A stretch of DNA of 39,285 bases, taken from IMG/VR virus record IMGVR_UViG_3300045391_002372. One strand, given 5' to 3'. How positions within the stretch are numbered: the first letter of the stretch is position 1; each line of letters begins with the position of its first letter. Shown piece by piece: positions 26,160 to 32,479 of this stretch. Origin of the DNA: a virus. Below the pieces are notes generated by a model. It was not told the origin of the DNA and did not search any database. It worked only from the letters and a program-made list of their open reading frames with translations. Made by a program: the position numbers and the translations under genes.

Positions 26160-26632
26160 ATCTTTACGAGCTAAACAAGGCGCGTTTTGCGCTACTAGCG
26201 GAGCTTCAAGACTTAGAAGGGGAGCTATCACCGGAACTTGAAGCCAGACTGACAGCGCTCGACGCTGCACTAGATGACAAATTAGAGGCGTGCTGCGCAG
26301 TCCTTAAAAACATGCATGGCATGGCAGAACTACACGATGCTGAGATTAAGCGGCTAAAGGAACGGCGGGACGCAATCGAAGCACGCGCCGAACGGCTTAG
26401 GGAATGGGTCGGCTCATTTTTAGGCGCGGAAGGGTGGGAAAGGGGATTGCATCGGCTTAGCTGGCGCAATTCTGAGGCCGTTGAATGCGAGCTTGAAAAG
26501 CTGCCTGATCAATACCGGGTCGCAAAGGTAGTTGAATCAGCAGATAAGAAGCTACTTCTTACGGCGCTTAAGACGGGGGCACAGATACCGGGGGCACAGT
26601 TAGTTAAACGTAAACACTTGCAATTGAAATAG
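26156..26632 (+). CDS. Siphovirus Gp157-like protein (158 aa)
   Basis: MNLYELNKARFALLAELQD...AEIKRLKERRDAIEARAERLREWV matches the Gp157-family helical pattern as I recall it; ATGA overlap with recT. Confidence 0.5.
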   Translation: MNLYELNKARFALLAELQDLEGELSPELEARLTALDAALDDKLEACCAVLKNMHGMAELHDAEIKRLKERRDAIEARAERLREWVGSFLGAEGWERGLHRLSWRNSEAVECELEKLPDQYRVAKVVESADKKLLLTALKTGAQIPGAQLVKRKHLQLK

Positions 26633-26640
26633 GGGGAGAC

Positions 26641-26832
26641 ATGAAAAACGCAAAACTCGAATGGCTAAAATCAAGGATCGAATCAGGCCGATATCAGCCG
26701 CCTTTAGACCTAGTTGCTGAATCGCTGGAAGATAAAATCATGCGCTACCGGCTTAGAATTAAGCGCGAGGTTCGGCGCACGAAGGCAAATGAGCGGCACG
26801 AGAAGCGGATACAGGAAGCATTGCGCCAATAG
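26641..26832 (+). CDS. Hypothetical basic protein (63 aa)
   Basis: gggggag SD. Confidence 0.5.
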   Translation: MKNAKLEWLKSRIESGRYQPPLDLVAESLEDKIMRYRLRIKREVRRTKANERHEKRIQEALRQ

Positions 26833-26840
26833 AGGTTAAG

Positions 26841-27044
26841 CGGCTCTGAATGAATTGTCTAAAGACGGTTGATTCAGGGCCGACTCGAAATCGGCTGGGT
26901 TGCTGACAGGCGGGTGCGAAGGGGTTCGGGTTCGATTCCCGATGATTTGCAGGTTTGGGGGAGATCCTCAAACTAACCTTGGAGGTAGAGCACCGGACTT
27001 GCCCACCGGTTAAAGCATCGGTTAACCCCGATGTGAAGGGCTGC
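26841..27044 (+). ncRNA. ORF-free structured region with tRNA-like modules (not a complete tRNA)
   Basis: Hairpins read by eye: 26841-26882 (11 bp plus a 5-bp extension), 26879-26895 (5-bp stem, 7-nt loop CTCGAAA), 26926-26942 (TCGGG TTCGATT CCCGA, a canonical T-arm), 26953-26973 (8 bp), 26992-27010, and 27016-27033 (6 bp). Confidence 0.3.
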
Positions 27045-27117
27045 GGTTCCTTAGCTCAGTTAGTTAGAGCGCCCGCCTGAAGAGCGGGAGATCCTGGGGC
27101 GGAACCAGGGGGAACCA
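27045..27117 (+). tRNA. tRNA-Phe(GAA)-like gene with non-canonical D-loop and T-loop; no encoded CCA
   Basis: Manual cloverleaf. Acceptor GGTTCCT/GGGAACC (7 bp, one G-U), U8 A9, D-arm GCTC-AGTTAGTTA-GAGC. Anticodon arm CCCGC-CTGAAGA-GCGGG, variable AGAT, T-arm CCTGG-GGCGGAA-CCAGG, discriminator A. Confidence 0.6.
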
Positions 27118-27150
27118 AAATTTAGGTTAACATTTAGAAAGGTTGAACAT

Positions 27151-27438
27151 ATGGAAATGATAAAGAAGGTTCCGGGCTACGATCGTTTCGAATCAGTGAT
27201 GCTGTGGGTAGTGCTAACGGTGGCAGGGTTTGCCATTAGCGCAGCGCTAACCGGCTGTCTTGGTCCTGCAGTATTAGGACTTAAAAGCTACACGGGATCG
27301 GATGGTAGCAGAATGGATTTTATTACCGGTGCAGATTTTAATATCGGCGCTAACGGAGTTGATAGAGTTGAGAACCAGCGCGGTATTCAGCCAAGTCAAA
27401 ACGGCGGGATGATTCGGGCTTCAAGAAAGGGTGAATAA
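27151..27438 (+). CDS. Putative lipoprotein or membrane protein (95 aa)
   Basis: Hydrophobic VMLWVVLTVAGFAISAALTGC with an LTGC lipobox-like motif. Confidence 0.5.
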   Translation: MEMIKKVPGYDRFESVMLWVVLTVAGFAISAALTGCLGPAVLGLKSYTGSDGSRMDFITGADFNIGANGVDRVENQRGIQPSQNGGMIRASRKGE

Positions 27439-27439
27439 T

Positions 27440-27661
27440 ATGAAAGGGTACTTATTAGGCTTTATACTTGGCCATATGCTCGTTACTTCTGCGCTGTTTT
27501 ACTGGAATATGTACAGCTATGACACGCAGGGAAAAGTGCTGCATATTGGCTGGATTGAGCATCATGAGCTATCGGACCTCGATATTGTGCATCAGGTGGC
27601 TATGGTTATGAACGGATTGGACGAACATGATCCGCGATTAACTGCGCCGCTTAGGAAATGA
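27440..27661 (+). CDS. Small N-terminal-TMD protein (73 aa from ATG 27440; track start 27431 is GTG)
   Basis: YLLGFILGHMLVTSALFYW is hydrophobic; aaggg SD before 27440. Confidence 0.45.
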   Translation: MKGYLLGFILGHMLVTSALFYWNMYSYDTQGKVLHIGWIEHHELSDLDIVHQVAMVMNGLDEHDPRLTAPLRK

Positions 27662-27667
27662 TTTTAT

Positions 27668-27767
27668 GGCGCGGCATGGCCTTGTCGAAATCGTAGCTCA
27701 GAGGCAGAGCTGCCAGTGGTCGGCGAGTCAGATAAGTCCGAGACAAGAAACCTAACTGGCCCGCGCC
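27668..27767 (+). ncRNA. Possible structured RNA element containing a tRNA 5'-half-like segment
   Basis: Outer helix GGCGCGG (27668-74) / CCGCGCC (27761-67). Stacked helix GCCAG (27712-16) / CTGGC (27756-60). D-arm-like hairpin TA-GCTC-AGAGGCA-GAGC (27694-27710). Confidence 0.25.
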
Positions 27768-27776
27768 TACTTTTGA

Positions 27777-28046
27777 ATGAGGGATATGGAAAAACAAAAA
27801 GACGCTGCGGCTGAAGTACTGGCCGATGCTGCCGTAACATGGGGAGACAATACCCACACAACGGCGAAGCGCGCATACCTGATAGGTCGCCGCGATCAAG
27901 AGGAATCGACAGCGCAAGAGATCGTGGCCCTTATTTGGTGCGCCATGCATAACGATCCGATCGGAATGATGGAATTGAACGCGAACCAATGGTGCGATCA
28001 TATGATTGCGATATGGAGGGAGCGGAAGACTTCGCCGGTTTCATAA
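27777..28046 (+). CDS. Hypothetical protein (89 aa)
   Basis: ORF track; preferred over the antisense ORF 27651..28001, which has junk-like composition. Confidence 0.45.
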   Translation: MRDMEKQKDAAAEVLADAAVTWGDNTHTTAKRAYLIGRRDQEESTAQEIVALIWCAMHNDPIGMMELNANQWCDHMIAIWRERKTSPVS

Positions 28047-28148
28047 ATTGATCTTCTGAGTTTTTCTCTGTCGGTTATTTTAAAAATCTATGGTTGTTCT
28101 GAGATCCTAGCAGTCGTTTGAACAGTCGTTAACTTTTGGGGTAACCAC

Positions 28149-28547
28149 ATGGGTATTGGCAAAAAGCCGGTTAAGTTTAGCCGGAATCAAATTGGACATT
28201 TAGCACAGGGTCTCGACGATTTTGTCGGGTTTCTAGAAGCTCTAAGCGGTAATTGCGGGCTTCTCCGCGATGGCCTACGAGAGCTTAGCCGCTACAGAGA
28301 ATCAGCAGCGGAGCATAGGAAGGCTTTAGACTACGAAACGTTCCTGATTCATCTGCGGCAGAAAAACGGACCACTGGCAGAGCTACTAGAATCAGCCGAG
28401 TTGAAACGCTTTGACGTTGGCCGGTTAGATCTTAGCTTTGATGATTCTATAGCAAAGGTTCAGGCCGAATTGGCTAAAGCTGAAATCTCTTCGGAACTCT
28501 CCGAGGTTTACGGGGCAGATTTTAGGGTTCAGCTTCAGGCTGCTTGA
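28149..28547 (+). CDS. Hypothetical protein (132 aa)
   Basis: ORF track; followed by a terminator. Confidence 0.55.
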   Translation: MGIGKKPVKFSRNQIGHLAQGLDDFVGFLEALSGNCGLLRDGLRELSRYRESAAEHRKALDYETFLIHLRQKNGPLAELLESAELKRFDVGRLDLSFDDSIAKVQAELAKAEISSELSEVYGADFRVQLQAA

Positions 28548-28555
28548 ATCATGCC

Positions 28556-28590
28556 GATCCGGTCGCTTGTATGGGGCCGGATCTTTTTTT
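28556..28590 (+). terminator. Rho-independent terminator
   Basis: Stem gatccgg (28556-62) / ccggatc (28577-83) followed by seven T. Confidence 0.65.
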
Positions 28591-28961
28591 GCTCAATTAA
28601 AATATTTTGTCTTCCAAGAATGTCAGATCAGGAGTACAACCCCTTTGTAACCGCTGCGATACCAGAATAATTTTCTAGCTTCCGACTAAGTTAGATCACT
28701 AGAATTATCGCGGCACCTGAAAGCAAAAAACCCCGCATTTCTGCAGGGTTTCCGCTGACAGCTCAAACTTGCGTGACCAAGTTTTATGCCGCCTCAAAAA
28801 TCATACGACAACAAGCCCAAACTTAAAATCATTTCTTCAAGAAAAGATGTCCTAAGGCATTGCGAATCAGCCGCTGAATACGACTGGTTTTTGATGGTCG
28901 CTTATTTTCTCTCAAAGTTCAGATGGAAAGGCGCCCTGGTTGACCTAAAGGAGCCTTTGGA

Positions 28962-29276
28962 ATGAGCAAGCAATTATCAATCTTTGAGCCTTACCCAAAT
29001 TCGCCGGGCTTCAAACGGCGCGACACAAGCAAAAAGGCAGCGGTTAAAATCCGCCGGCGAGCTTTTACGATTCAGGATCAACTAAAGGCTCTATTCGCAG
29101 CCGGGAACAAATACACAGCTGATGAGGCCGGGGCAATTTTAGGCATCTCTCCGTTCTCCTGCCGCCCACGGTGCACAGAATTGGCAGAGCAGGGGCTAAT
29201 TAGAGATTCGGGCCATAGGCGGCTTAATGCTTCAGGGGTTTCAGCAATCGTTTGGGTAGGTACAGGATTCGAATGA
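28962..29276 (+). CDS. Winged-helix DNA-binding protein (104 aa)
   Basis: AAGGAG SD. KYTADEAGAILGISPFSCRPRCTELAEQGLIRDSG is a MarR/winged-helix-like recognition segment. Confidence 0.55.
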   Translation: MSKQLSIFEPYPNSPGFKRRDTSKKAAVKIRRRAFTIQDQLKALFAAGNKYTADEAGAILGISPFSCRPRCTELAEQGLIRDSGHRRLNASGVSAIVWVGTGFE

Positions 29277-29461
29277 GCTTAGCAAAGATTTTGAAAATGC
29301 GGCGGCGCTTAGATCGCCTAGTCGAATGGGGTGCGCTTTCTAGGCCGACACGGCGCGAGAGAAAGCGGATTATTCAAATCTCGCAATTTATAGAAGCATT
29401 TCAATGGCGCGGAACTCTCCTTGATTTTAGGGATTCTGATAGGTGGAGGTTTCGCGGATGA
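29273..29461 (+). CDS. Hypothetical basic protein (62 aa from ATG 29273, ATGA overlap)
   Basis: ORF track 29252..29461; start chosen by ATGA coupling. Confidence 0.4.
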   Translation: MSLAKILKMRRRLDRLVEWGALSRPTRRERKRIIQISQFIEAFQWRGTLLDFRDSDRWRFRG

Positions 29462-30237
29462 CAAAAAAGAGACGGGCGCAGCTAAAGCACGGGCTTTTCG
29501 ATACTGACTACCCCGAAAAAGACAAAATAGCGCAGCTCGAAGAGAAATACGGTGGCGATGGTTGCTGGTACTACACCTGCTTACAGCTTGCCATGTCTAA
29601 GGCAACAGATGCGCAAATTTCGCCCGCAAAAGCGCTTCGCATAGGAGATGCGCGGCGGTTTGATAGAAAGCGCACAGAAGAGATTTTGGGGTTTCTATTA
29701 GACCGCGACATGCTCGTTCGCGAAGGGGAGATGTTATCCGCGCCACGAGTGATCGAGGATCAAGAAGCGTTAGCGGTTAGTCAGGACAAATGGAAGGAAG
29801 CGAAGAGGAGACAGAGAGGACAAGAGGGTGGACAAAGAGAGGACAAAGATAGGACAGACGGGTTGCCGTCTGAAGAAAGTGAAGAAAGTGAAGAAATAAA
29901 AGAAACTGTCTCGCCAAATTTCGCAGCCTGGGATTTCCCGCCAACGCTGGACACGCCCGGAATCCGCAAGGCGCTCGAACTTTTCGCGGCAAAAATGCAG
30001 CAGCGCCACCGGCCTTTGGATGAAATTTGGTTCTCTGCGATGGCTTGCCAGTACGCATCTAGGCCAAAAGAATTTGAGGAAAATCTGATTTATTCCGCAG
30101 GGCTCACCAAGGTTTCAAACCTTATCGAAAAACCTCGGGGCAACGATCCCAACGGCTCAAGACCTTCGCGTTACCCCGTTCAAGAACCACCAAAACCGCC
30201 AAGCAAACCACCGAAAGCGCCAGGATCCCAGATATGA
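29458..30237 (+). CDS. Replication initiation-type protein, DUF4373/DnaD-like N-terminal domain (259 aa from ATG 29458)
   Basis: LKHGLFDTDYPEKDKIAQLEEKYGGDGCWYYTCLQLAMSKA resembles the DUF4373 N-terminal pattern of phage replication proteins. ATGA overlaps on both sides. Confidence 0.5.
   Translation: MTKKRRAQLKHGLFDTDYPEKDKIAQLEEKYGGDGCWYYTCLQLAMSKATDAQISPAKALRIGDARRFDRKRTEEILGFLLDRDMLVREGEMLSAPRVIEDQEALAVSQDKWKEAKRRQRGQEGGQREDKDRTDGLPSEESEESEEIKETVSPNFAAWDFPPTLDTPGIRKALELFAAKMQQRHRPLDEIWFSAMACQYASRPKEFEENLIYSAGLTKVSNLIEKPRGNDPNGSRPSRYPVQEPPKPPSKPPKAPGSQI
29817..29861 (+). repeat. Four iteron-like direct repeats (A)GGACA(A)AGA at 11-12 bp spacing inside the initiator gene
   Basis: GGACA at 29818, 29830, 29841 and 29852, plus one more at 29784. 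They are followed by the purine-rich stretch gaagaaagtgaagaaagtgaagaaataaaagaaa. Confidence 0.5.
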
Positions 30238-30593
30238 AAACACTCACCGATGACAACGGGCGACACCATTTCGCAGCTACCGAAAAGGAAAGCTTTTACT
30301 ATGAAAAATCCATGATCGAGCAAGGGTTGGGGCGCTGCATCGGGATGAGCACGCACGGGCGGGTAATTGAATATTACGACCGGCTAGAAAAGCTCACGCC
30401 GATCGCATGGAAACGCTACGAGTGGATCGAGCCAGACGGTGAGCGCAAGGGCGGGAAGATTGCAACGTTTGGGCGCATTGACGACATCGACGATGCGAGG
30501 AGAGCACTTCAGTTTTATAAAGATCGCGGCCAATTTTACGGCGGGAATTTCTTACCCGAAACGGCAGCGCATTTTCAGGATGGGGAGTTGTGA
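30234..30593 (+). CDS. Hypothetical protein (119 aa), translationally coupled to the ligase gene
   Basis: ATGA overlap upstream and GTGA overlap downstream. Confidence 0.55.
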   Translation: MKTLTDDNGRHHFAATEKESFYYEKSMIEQGLGRCIGMSTHGRVIEYYDRLEKLTPIAWKRYEWIEPDGERKGGKIATFGRIDDIDDARRALQFYKDRGQFYGGNFLPETAAHFQDGEL

Positions 30594-31531
30594 GCGAAGA
30601 ATTACCGATAACTACCAGTTGGCACAGCTACCCGAAGCTCTTTGCGCTTGGGCAATCGATCATAGCTAAAATCTTTATGGATCCCGTGACGGTCGAAGAA
30701 AAGATCGATGGCTCACAATTTTCATGGGGCATTTTTGGCGGCGAGCTTAAATGCCGATCTAAAGGCGCTGTTTTAAATATTCTAGCACCTGAAAAAATGT
30801 TTATGGCTGCGGTCGATACAGCGAAGCGATTAGCCGAAGCCGGTTCATTAAAAGAGGGCTGGACCTACCGCGCGGAATATTTAGCGAAGCCAAAGCACAA
30901 CACGCTGGCCTATGAACGAATCCCGCGACAGCACTTAATCGGCTTTGATATCAATACGGGTCATGAACATTACATGAGCCATGAAGAAAAGGCTGCGGAG
31001 TTTGACCGCCTCGGCCTTGATTGTGTCCCGCTGCTTCATTTTGGAGTGGTCGAATCGCACGCGATGTTTAGATCCTTTCTAGATAAGATCTCAATTCTTG
31101 GCGCCCAAAAAATCGAAGGTGTTGTAGTGAAAAACTATTCACGCTTCGGGCCTGACGGTAAAGCCATGATGGGCAAATTTGTCTCGGAGGAATTTAAAGA
31201 AGTTCACGGAGCGGACTGGAAAGAACGCAATCCGGAACAAAACGACATAATCCTTAAAATCGTAAACGAATATAAAACGCCCGCTAGATGGCGCAAGGCA
31301 ATTCAACACGCGAAGGAAGCCGGAAAACTTGAAAATTCCCCACGTGATATTTCATTACTGCTTAAAGAGATTGGCATTGATACACACGCGGAATGCGCGG
31401 GGGAAATAAAAGACAAAATATTTTCTTGGGCATGGCCGAAGATTGCTCGCGGAATAAGCATGGGTTTTCCTGAGTGGTACAAAGAGGAGCTTTTAAAGAG
31501 CGCATTCAATGACGAAGCAAGAGGAGAGTAG
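30590..31531 (+). CDS. ATP-dependent ligase of the covalent nucleotidyltransferase superfamily, RNA-ligase-like (313 aa)
   Basis: Motif I EEKIDGSQ (KxDG), motif III-like YRAEYL, motif IV EGVVVKN, motif V-like GKFVSEEF, in the correct order and spacing. Confidence 0.6.
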   Translation: MSEELPITTSWHSYPKLFALGQSIIAKIFMDPVTVEEKIDGSQFSWGIFGGELKCRSKGAVLNILAPEKMFMAAVDTAKRLAEAGSLKEGWTYRAEYLAKPKHNTLAYERIPRQHLIGFDINTGHEHYMSHEEKAAEFDRLGLDCVPLLHFGVVESHAMFRSFLDKISILGAQKIEGVVVKNYSRFGPDGKAMMGKFVSEEFKEVHGADWKERNPEQNDIILKIVNEYKTPARWRKAIQHAKEAGKLENSPRDISLLLKEIGIDTHAECAGEIKDKIFSWAWPKIARGISMGFPEWYKEELLKSAFNDEARGE

Positions 31532-31670
31532 GCAAGCCGCCCTCGCCGACTACATAGCCGATCTTCTTTTGGAGAATCAATTTGTGATGTTTATACGGAT
31601 ACCGAAAAAGAAGAGTGAGAAGCCGAAGGGCAAAATACTAATTGAGCATCCGCAGAGGCCGAAACAATGA
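31509..31670 (+). CDS. Small ORF (53 aa) not in the track
   Basis: My translation is MTKQEESRQAALADYIADLLLENQFVMFIRIPKKKSEKPKGKILIEHPQRPKQ. It ends in an ATGA overlap with ORF 31667. Confidence 0.35.
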   Translation: MTKQEESRQAALADYIADLLLENQFVMFIRIPKKKSEKPKGKILIEHPQRPKQ

Positions 31671-31990
31671 CATGTGAGAGATGCCAAAAGCGAGAGAAAG
31701 GATGGCGGGGAGATCCGCCACGATGCGCTTTTACTGATGGCATATTCGATAGTGATAATTGGAATTGTGCAACCATGGATGTCTTACGCCGCAAGGCCGA
31801 AGCACAAATGAAAATATCGCTTGCCGAAGATCAAAGAGCAGCGCTAATCGCGCATTCTGAATATTCTATATTTTTATTACTTGGCTGGTACAAGGAAAGA
31901 GGGCGCACGGAATTGTGTTGCATAGTCGATGAAGATCTTATTCGGGCCGCAACACTAAAAGAGATCGAGGAATTTTTATGCGCGGCCTAA
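31667..31990 (+). CDS. Cys-containing hypothetical protein (107 aa)
   Basis: ORF track. Confidence 0.5.
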   Translation: MTCERCQKREKGWRGDPPRCAFTDGIFDSDNWNCATMDVLRRKAEAQMKISLAEDQRAALIAHSEYSIFLLLGWYKERGRTELCCIVDEDLIRAATLKEIEEFLCAA

Positions 31991-32055
31991 TCTTCGCATT
32001 GATTTTTGAGTTGATAGCAATGGCAATGATTATTTTGGTTTGGGTGAGGGTATGA
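31978..32055 (+). CDS. Micro-ORF encoding a 25-aa hydrophobic peptide MRGLIFALIFELIAMAMIILVWVRV
   Basis: GAGG lies 7 nt upstream of the ATG; the stop forms an ATGA overlap with ATG 32052. Confidence 0.35.
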   Translation: MRGLIFALIFELIAMAMIILVWVRV

Positions 32056-32294
32056 AATATTTATTTAAAGGGCCGGACGGGAGTGAGTGGCAAACCGTCT
32101 CGGATTCCCCTCTTTCATATGAGGGTACTTGGGCTTGCTATATCGAGCGTGTCGCTCCGAAAAATAATCGGGGAATAGCTAAAGAACTTGGCGGTTATTT
32201 CTGGGGCGAACCTGGACGCGCTAGCGTTGGATTCGAAAAACTTCTCGATATCATCGACGACAAGATAGGCACAGCACTAAAGGGGAAAATATGA
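32052..32294 (+). CDS. Hypothetical protein (80 aa from ATG 32052)
   Basis: gaggg SD; track start 32040 is TTG. Confidence 0.5.
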   Translation: MKYLFKGPDGSEWQTVSDSPLSYEGTWACYIERVAPKNNRGIAKELGGYFWGEPGRASVGFEKLLDIIDDKIGTALKGKI

Positions 32295-32479
32295 AAAAGA
32301 AACGCAACATGCAGGATGCTACGCTTTTGAATATCAGGGCGCTTAAGAATCGAGTAACTCACCTAGAGATTAGATTTGACCTCCAACGTATGCTGCTTAA
32401 CGCTCTTTGCGAACGATTGAATATTAAGGGCATCGCCTACGCGGTTGAGCAACCCAAGCGCCGGAGCAAAAAGAAATGA
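32291..32479 (+). CDS. Hypothetical protein (62 aa)
   Basis: ATGA overlap. Confidence 0.45.
   Translation: MKKKRNMQDATLLNIRALKNRVTHLEIRFDLQRMLLNALCERLNIKGIAYAVEQPKRRSKKK

Noticed and set aside
26879-26949. Possible tRNA-Ser(CGA), built from the anticodon-arm-like hairpin GCCGA-CTCGAAA-TCGGC and the canonical T-arm TCGGG-TTCGATT-CCCGA
   Set aside because: The arms are separated by 30 nt, which is too long even for a class II variable arm. I could draw no D-arm. The 3' strand tgatttg has no acceptable 5' partner; the best candidate needs four G-U pairs. I report it only as tRNA-like modules.
27651-28001. 116-aa minus-strand ORF
   Set aside because: It has Cys/Arg/Leu-rich junk-like sequence. 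It overlaps the co-oriented + ORF 27777..28046 and the structured non-coding gap, and no other minus-strand genes are nearby.
28111-28130. Direct repeat cagtcgtt x2 spaced 12 bp, plus ttctgag x2, upstream of ORF 28149, as operator sites
   Set aside because: These are only 7-8-mers, well within chance expectation for this length, and there is no adjacent regulator to link them to.
29861-29890. Tandem 9-bp repeat gaagaaagt x2 (plus a partial copy) as a satellite or phase-variable tract
   Set aside because: It is in frame, encodes SEESEESEE, and has only two full copies. I treat it as part of the purine-rich tract next to the iteron-like repeats rather than as a separate element.
30439-30669. 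76-aa alternative-frame + ORF spanning the junction of ORF 30234 and the ligase gene
   Set aside because: It has R/S/T-rich off-frame composition and no SD. Both overlapping frames are better supported.
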